This document shows positions 56,618 through 64,000 of a stretch of 64,000 nt of DNA, piece by piece. Every line of letters begins with the position of its first letter. The first letter of the stretch is position 1. The notes under the pieces are model-generated. The model did not search any database, was not told the origin of the DNA, and worked only from the letters and a program-made list of their open reading frames with translations. This DNA is from Craspedostauros australis (taxonomy: Eukaryota), in contig JALAGF010001700.1 in NCBI GenBank assembly GCA_030167865.1, forward strand, positions 1-64,000, read 5' to 3'. A program made the position numbers and the translations under genes.

Positions 56618-59600
56618 ATGGACAAGGAGAACGTCGATGTGCAGCTGCAGGCTGTGCGATCGCACGCGCAGCCAAAGGAGGCAGCAGAAGACGAGACAAT
56701 GAGCTTGGATGGGTCGTTTCAGAAGAACCAGCTGGATCAGCTGCTCTCCATGTCTCCAGCTTCGTCCGCTGCATCGCCGTTGCCAAGGACTTCGCCGGCA
56801 TCTCTGCAAATGACGGCATCCAATGACGATGGTGGACTCGAGAGTGTGGATGCTGATGAAACATCCCGCCGACAGGACTCGTTGGATGGTGGCAACCTCG
56901 CTGCCTCCACCAACAGCCACAACCAAGGCAGCAACGATCAGAGAAGGGTGCTGGTACCACGACGACACAGCACCCAGATCAGTCAGATCGGTCCCAGTGA
57001 TGCATCTCCGATGGTCAAGCAACCGGTGCTCAGAGCAGCCTCATCTCCGTCGTTGAGATCCAGAGTGTCTGCTTCGCCCAGCAGCCTGCTTCGGTTGACG
57101 GCAGAATTGAAGGCCTCCAAAGTGCGAAGGCGAGAGAAGGACACCGCGAGGAGGCTGTCTGTTGGGATTCTGCCACCGGCTGCATCCGTTGCGCCTGCTA
57201 TTGACCCGCTCGTCGGGCATCAGCATTCGCCCAATGCCACAAACAGCAGCGATGTCGCACAGAACCAACCGTTGTCTGCGCAGGCGTCTCCGGCATCTCA
57301 TCTCCACCTGCAGATGTACTTACAGGCGCGATCCCAGACAAACTCGCAAGGACTGTCCCAAGAGACGGTTGTCGCATCCAATACTGGTACGCAGAGCATG
57401 TCTTCCATCGGCGCTGACCAATCCAAGGCGTCGTCCGACAAGCAGACTGAACGAAGTGGAGATGGCGATGGAATCACCACTCCCAGCGATGCCAAACTCG
57501 AATCACCCCAACACAACACGAGTACGGATACTGCAAGCCTTGGGGACATGGCAGATCTCTTCGGTCCTTCCTCGCATGATCAAACCCCCACCAAGGAACA
57601 GGATGATCAGAGTGTGCCATCGCCGGATATGCAGCAGTCGTCTCCCATTCCACTGTCGAAGCCCATTCCTGCATCTGTCCATACTGATGACTTGCTACAG
57701 AGCGGTGGGTTGGACATGCAAGTCAATGGTGGGAACAGTGAAGATGCTGGCAGCGGTGTTGGCGTCAATGGCATGAAGAGCAAGGAATCCAATGCGGAGG
57801 AACATGAACACGGACAGGAAACAGATGATGCTCCTGTGTCTATCATCAACAAGGACGTTGGCGCCGACGAAGGAGACAGCGATTTGTCTTCAACAATGAA
57901 TCTGGCCAAACTCTTGGGGGCCTCACAGGAATCGACGGCAGAGCTTCTGCAACCCTCAGTCTCCACTCCCGCCTCCGATTCAAAATCAACGCAGCCTTCG
58001 GCGTCTTCGTCAGCTCTCAGCAGCAATCCGGATACTGTCAGCGTCACGCACGTCATTTCCAAGCAAAAGAAGAGAAGGAGAAAGTCCACCATGTCAACCA
58101 ACGGAAAGACAATCGACACGTTGGGGAGCATGCTCGGCAGGAGAGAAAGCACGGTGGATGTCTCCTTCGGTGATGAAACCATGGACTCGGATGGCTTCAG
58201 AGAGCTCTTTGGTACGTCAGCGTCGCCATCCAGCGCTAGCACGCCGTCCACCATCAGTGCAACGGAGCAGTTCAACCTCTCCCTCTCCAAGTCACCATTT
58301 GATTCCAACCAGACAGCCAGCGATGAGACTGCCGATCTTTCTGATCTCAACTCCCTCTTTGGACCATCCAACAACAAGATGTCACGAAAGAGCTCGATCA
58401 GCAAGATATCTTCGGAAGGAATCACCTCGCTCTCTGCCATCAACGAAAGCAAGGATGATGCCGATTTCATGATCACTGATTCGTCCAAGTCCAAGTCCAC
58501 GACTGCGCCGGATGTGTCGGAACCGAGCGAGGCAGAGCAGAAGATGGACGCCGATACCAACATCGGCAGTGCATCCAAGGATACAGTCGCGCCCATTGTG
58601 GAGAATGCTTCGAACGTGGGTGCTGCCAAGGCCAAGTCGCCAATACAAGCACAAGGAGACGGCAACAGCAAGAACAAGCCAGTGCAGACTGATGAACTTG
58701 ATTCAACATCTATCTCCACATCCCCACCAACGGCAGCGGCAACAAGCACAAACGCAAACACGCAGACGCAGATAACAGCTACCGAAAAGGCTAAGTCCCA
58801 GCCGTTCGGCAGCACTTTCGGCAACGATGAATCCTACATGTCCAACCTCGCGAGTCCCATGGATACGTCCAATGAAGACACTTTCGATGAGTCAACTGCT
58901 CCTTTGCAGATGTTCACGCCCACAGGTAAGCGAAAGTGGACATCAGGTTCAAGCATCACAAACAACAACAACGCCTCTGCGAACCTCTCCAACTCCAAGC
59001 CAACAACCCGGAGCTCCCGCAACATCCTCTTCACATCTCCTCATCCCAAGGCCAAAGGGGGCGGCTCCAACACAAGCAGCATCGACCCGAGCAGAAGCAG
59101 ACCCGAATCAAAGCCTCTGCAAGGCATCTTGAGTTCACGCAAGAAGAGACGACCGCTGGCGGCCGCCTTCAACAAGTTCAACCCTCGCACCGTCGCCTTC
59201 GGTTCACCAGAGGCAGCCGAGTATCGCATTGGCAGCCCGTCGATCAGCCTAACCCCAATGCCCCAAAGCAAGGCGAAGGCGCTCTTCGGCATCCGACCTG
59301 CGCACAACATCGACGTGCAGAGTCCAGATCAAGCTCCAGGGGACGTAGAACTCCAGCCTGCCATTATGTCCGGCGAAGATGCAACAATCGAGATTGAAGC
59401 CAACCTCGATCTGCTCGTGAACAACATGAAGGATTCCGCCGCGCTCAGTCCCATCGCCAACACGGAATCAGATGCCGCCAGCGTTGTGGACCCCATGACC
59501 CTGAAGATCAATGGGCAGGACCCAACCTCGGACTCTCCACTCAACGTGGATCTGTCCAAGAGCTTGGAACGGGCCAATAAGAAACAGGATACGAGCGATA

Positions 59601-62463
59601 GCAGCAGCACCAGTCTGAACCTCATCGGGACCAATGAAAAGACTGTGGAACTGGAGATTGGAATGGATCAATTGCTTGCGCAGACTTCTTCAAAGCCAGC
59701 GAACGGTGTATCATCACCCGCAAGTCTGCCTTCCACCCAGCAAGCACCAACGCCCAGCTCCAACATGGACACATCCAAGCAAGAGAGCACCACTGGTCAC
59801 AGTGATGTCAACGAATCCAGTTCCCGCATGAGCTTCGACAGCAGCGATGATACGACCATGAATTCCATCGGATCGCGCATTCAGCAACCGTTTCTCACTG
59901 CGCCACAGAAGGGACCGGCGGAAACGACCGTGGAGCTGGAAGAAGGCATGACCAATGTGCTTTCCGCAGCAATGGTTGCATCTGCGTTGGCTGGAAGCAA
60001 TGTGGCACCCACAATCGACGAAGCGGCATCAATGTCGAAACAATCAGAAGATGGTAGCGACGGTGCAGCAGTCGACGGTGCTGGCAACGACGACGACATG
60101 GATACAGATTCTGATTCAGAGGAGAATGGGATGGATGAGGATTCGATGGTCCTGCCATCGTCTGGCAGCGAACCCTCAACGGAATCCAAGGCACTCTCCA
60201 TCCCTGCCAACGATGATATCGCTCAAGACGCAGAGCAAGAAACAGGAGTGCATGATCTAGAAGACGACATGACGACGCTGCTTAAGGTAGCCATATCGGC
60301 ACCTCCTCCATCTGCTGCAATCAACATCTCGAGCGAAGAAACGACTGATCTACCATCCAGCGTTGATGACATTCTCAAAGACAGCGCCTCATCTCAATCT
60401 ACAGATGCGTCGGAAGATTCTGCGCAACTGGAAACGCCGAATGAATCCGATACCGTGCATCCTACGGGTACTGACACTTCAGAGATGTCCATGACGTTGG
60501 AAGACGCGGTCACGAAAGACGACCCCATTCAGGCACAAGAGCCTGAGCCAAAGCATCAGCCCCACAATTCAAGGCTTTCTCTGGCATCGGCGAAGGACAT
60601 GTGGAAGGATCGAGTTTCCATCGGCATCAGGATCGATCCGGATGCATCCATAGATGAGAACAAAAGCCATCTCAACAAGTCGACCGCAGGCCCACAAGAT
60701 GAAGGCAGCGATAATAATGGAAACGGTACCAGCATGCATGGAGAAGACAGTGCCGAAAAGGACAACAGTGAAGGGAATAGAAGTACAAACAAGCAGGATG
60801 ACGAATCAGTATCTGTGGCGGCCACATCAGATGATATATTCAATGCCGTCAATGTCTTCTCCGATGACACATTCAATGCCTTCGCTGCGAGAACATCCGA
60901 TGCCATGGTCCGATTGGGCTTGTCAACGCACGAGCTTGGCAACGGGATCGTCACAGCATCCGTGCTGCAGTTCGTGGAGGCCATGTGCTCCGAGATCGAA
61001 TCCAGGACGGAGTCTGAGGATTGCATCGAAACATCATTTCAATCATGGGGGAAGCAACAGCCAGACATGTTCGCGAATTTTTTGCAAGGGTTGAAGGGAG
61101 ACGACGCAGCAGCATTGGGAATGAAGCGCAACTTGGAATCAGTTGGGCGCACCCTCTCGAAACACATTGAGGATGAATGGATGGAGTGGCTGTCATCGGT
61201 GCTGGAGTTCCTGGCAGCACAGGTCCCCATCGAGTCTATGAGCATGGACTTGACGAATGATGACGAAGCATTGCACGGGGCATTGCGAACCATCGACGGC
61301 ATGAAGGGAATGATCAGAAGGATGGGTGAGAAGTCGACATTCCGTGCGAAACGCAAGAGCCTCGCACGCAGAAACGTAAGTTGGTGTTGGAGCTTGGGGA
61401 GGGGAAGGTTTGGGCTGTTGAAATGGTGCTGCGATGGCGCTTCACATACGGATATGGAATGATATGCATACCCTGCAATACTTGATTGCACCAAGCATCC
61501 AACGCAAAGTACTCACACGCCTTCATGTCTTCTACTCTACATCTTCGATTCAATGCGGATTCAATCTCGCTTCCAATGATTGCCAACATGCCGTGTTTTC
61601 AAAATATGCCTCTGATGTCACTGCAGAACATGGTGTCGACACTTGAAGACTCGGTCGACGATTTGGAACACGAGCTGGAGGAAGCCCGACGCATTCTGCA
61701 AAGCAAGAAGGACGACCATGCCGCCATCAGCAACGAGGTGCACGGCATCGCTCGAGAGAAGTCTCTGCGTCGTAATTACTTGGAGAAAATGAAGGTGGTT
61801 GCTTCCAGCCAACAGGGCTACCAATCGATCAAAGGAATGACGAACTGGTCACCGGAGTCGATCAATGGCGGGAGATTCTCGCTGGTCTTCCGCGGTCCCA
61901 CGAAGATGCATTCCATGCGCATGATGATCGATGGTGCGACCTGCGCCGTCGATGCAAGCGTGATCTCCGCGCACAACGCATCGAAGGAGAACAAGTACGC
62001 ATACCAGTACTACCTCCCACTGTCACGAGAGCTGATCGATCTCAGGACCGACCGTCTGTGCACTGAGCTGAACAGATACAGCGCAGGGCCCGAACCACAA
62101 ACGGCGACATTCATGAGGAAGATCATCGCCAAGACTTCCAGATCGTTGGCACGGCTCGAGATCCTGGCATCCGAAGTGGAACGGCTCGGCCATAGGTACG
62201 GTGTGCGGGTCAAGCATGGGATCCATGCCGACAGCAACCGATTCGCCATCACCGTCTCCTTCGCTGGCTGCGCCGGTGAGGTGGAGGCACAGATGTTTGT
62301 TGAAGAAGGCTACGCGAGCACACCGATCAAAATTGACCTGAAGGTGCTCAAGGGGGAGGCCGGCCAAGAAAGGGCGATCAAGCGCAAGCTGCTCAAGTCC
62401 AACTGCATCGGTTTCGGCGGCATGATGCAGAGCTGCGACATCATCGCCGCCATGGTGAGATAA
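56618..62463 (+). CDS. Large S/T/D-rich disordered protein with C-terminal coiled coil and RWD-like domain; KNL1/Spc105/Spc7-like kinetochore scaffold candidate; 2 exons
   Basis: Exon 1 56618-61375, phase-0 intron GTAAGT..GCAG, exon 2 61627-62463. Features: N-terminal MDKEN; GILS + RTVAF motif pair; recurrent TxELExxM..LL motifs; coiled coil (LEDSVDDLEHELEEARRIL); alpha/beta C-terminus. The gene is secure, but the KNL1 identity is inferred from architecture. Confidence 0.65.
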
Positions 62464-62911
62464 CATGACACGGCATGACACGGTATGCACGAGTAGAGTA
62501 GTGAAGTAATTGGATGAAGACTAATGTGATGCACAGCATGGTAGAGCAATCGTAGGTTGTTGTGTACAGGATGTTGTGGCGTGGCTTTGCTCCGTGTTTG
62601 CTTCGATGTATAGTCGCAAATGTAGAGCAGAGCAGATACAAGTGTGCAGAATGAACTTCGGCCCGCGTAGTGCAACGCAGGAATGAAAATCGTAGCCTAT
62701 GACGCTAAGACTAGTTCCTCAAACATTGTCTCATCATGTGATCGACTCATACGACTACCTTCATTTACCGCTTTACTCGTGTCGCGACAAAACTGCGCGC
62801 GGCGGGGCACCACCAAACAGGCTTCTTCTTGGGCCGTTTTGAATTCAACAGCTTCTTGGCAATCACAACACCAACACAGACACTAAAAACCACTCAACAA
62901 GAGCAATCAAG

Positions 62912-63648
62912 ATGGTAAGAGATCTATCGTTGATCCGCCCATCAGGTCCAGTCGGCGAGGCCCCTCACCGGGCATCCCGACGCACGACCTGAGGGCCCAG
63001 ATGCCTTTTGTTGCATGCCTGAACTTTGCGCGTGAACTGCTCCGAAGAGCACGAGGATGAAGGATGCTGCGGTTGCAGTTGCGGTTGCCACGATGGTGGA
63101 GCCGATTGGACGGTCCGCAACAGCGGCAGCAGCGACAGTGACGCAAACGACAGCTCAATGGAAACAACTCACTAATCCCATCACACCATGCACCACCTGA
63201 TGAACTGCGTCACGTCACGATATCCCATGCGACGACAATCATTTCTGAACGAACCAATCGACCGACCGCCTGGACGAACGCAACGACACAGGCCAAGGGA
63301 AAGAAGTCCGCCGTGAAGTTCGTGCTTGATTGCACTCAGCCAGTCGAGGATAAGGTCCTCGATGTGGCCCTCTTCGAGAAGTACCTCCACGATCGCATCA
63401 AGATCAAGGGCAAGACCGGTGCCCTGGCTGCCAACAGCGTCACCATCCAGAGAGACAGAACCAAGCTGACCGTCGTCAGCCCAGCCGAGCTCGGCTTCTC
63501 CAAGCGTCAGCTCAAGTACCTCACCAAGCGCTACTTGAAGAAGCAGCAGCTGCGTGATTACCTCCGCGTCGTTGCCGCCAGCAAGAACTCGTACGAGCTC
63601 AGATACTTCTCCATCAGCGGAGGAGATGAAGAGGAGGACGAGGAGTAA
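62912..63648 (+). CDS. RPL22: 60S ribosomal protein eL22; coding exon 1 is only the ATG
   Basis: ATG 62912-62914 is followed by GTAAGA; acceptor CAG at 63289-63291. Exon 2 63292-63648 reads [71 protein letters not shown]. Confidence 0.95.
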
Positions 63649-64000
63649 GCAAAAACGTACTCTAGAAGCAAATGAACCCAACCCCCCACATTCAAATCTC
63701 GACAGATTCATGAGGAGACGAGCAATGTCTTGCACAAGATGGCCGAATGGGACGAACAGAGCATCTGTTCGATCGGTTCCTCATCGAGATTCTCTCATCT
63801 CTTCACTTCCTCTGATCCCTGATTCTGCGCGACATGATCGCAGCACGGTTGTATTAAAATTAGATTCTTGTACTGATAGAGACGACAGGAACATCAACAA
63901 CGTCCCATCGATTGAAGTGGTGTGGAGTGGTGAGGTTGTTTGGTTTGATCGTCTGTTTGAGGCAGCAGAGGAGCAGGGTTGCGCTGATACAGTTGTCTTC

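Overview
This is eukaryotic nuclear DNA, almost certainly from a diatom. The window opens with the 5' end of a silicon transporter (SIT, EGGQ motif) that the ORF track misses, several proteins carry signal peptide + F/W plastid-targeting leaders, and genes have GT-AG introns of mostly 220-380 nt. I read 19 protein-coding genes by eye and reconstructed the splice junctions manually. In order they are: SIT (partial), a 5-exon JmjC/Zn-finger protein, Kae1/OSGEP, an FAD-dependent oxidoreductase, an HMG-box/polyQ protein, an orphan GCR1_C-domain protein, two tandem paralogous secreted acidic proteins, a CHORD protein, NOSIP, a four-repeat MYB, RNA Pol I A49, a serine/histidine-type PLP decarboxylase, a TPR + tubulin-tyrosine-ligase-like protein, coronin, condensin II CAP-D3, a CbiX/SirB chelatase, a ~1870-aa KNL1/Spc105-like protein and RPL22. 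The strongest candidate for an undescribed system is the tandem pair at 24.1-28.9 kb. Each copy has a signal peptide, an RXL propeptide motif, a Lys-rich segment (silaffin-like KxxK repeats in one copy), a conserved unannotated acidic domain and a GPI-like tail, which suggests a cell-wall or silica-interface protein family. Other leads are an apparently plastid-targeted TTL-family ligase, a KNL1-like protein with internal PP1 motifs and non-canonical repeats, a stand-alone Crypton-type GCR1_C gene and a duplicated 19-aa motif in the chelatase. No rRNA, tRNA, CRISPR array or intact transposon was seen. All family assignments come from motif recognition, not database searches.
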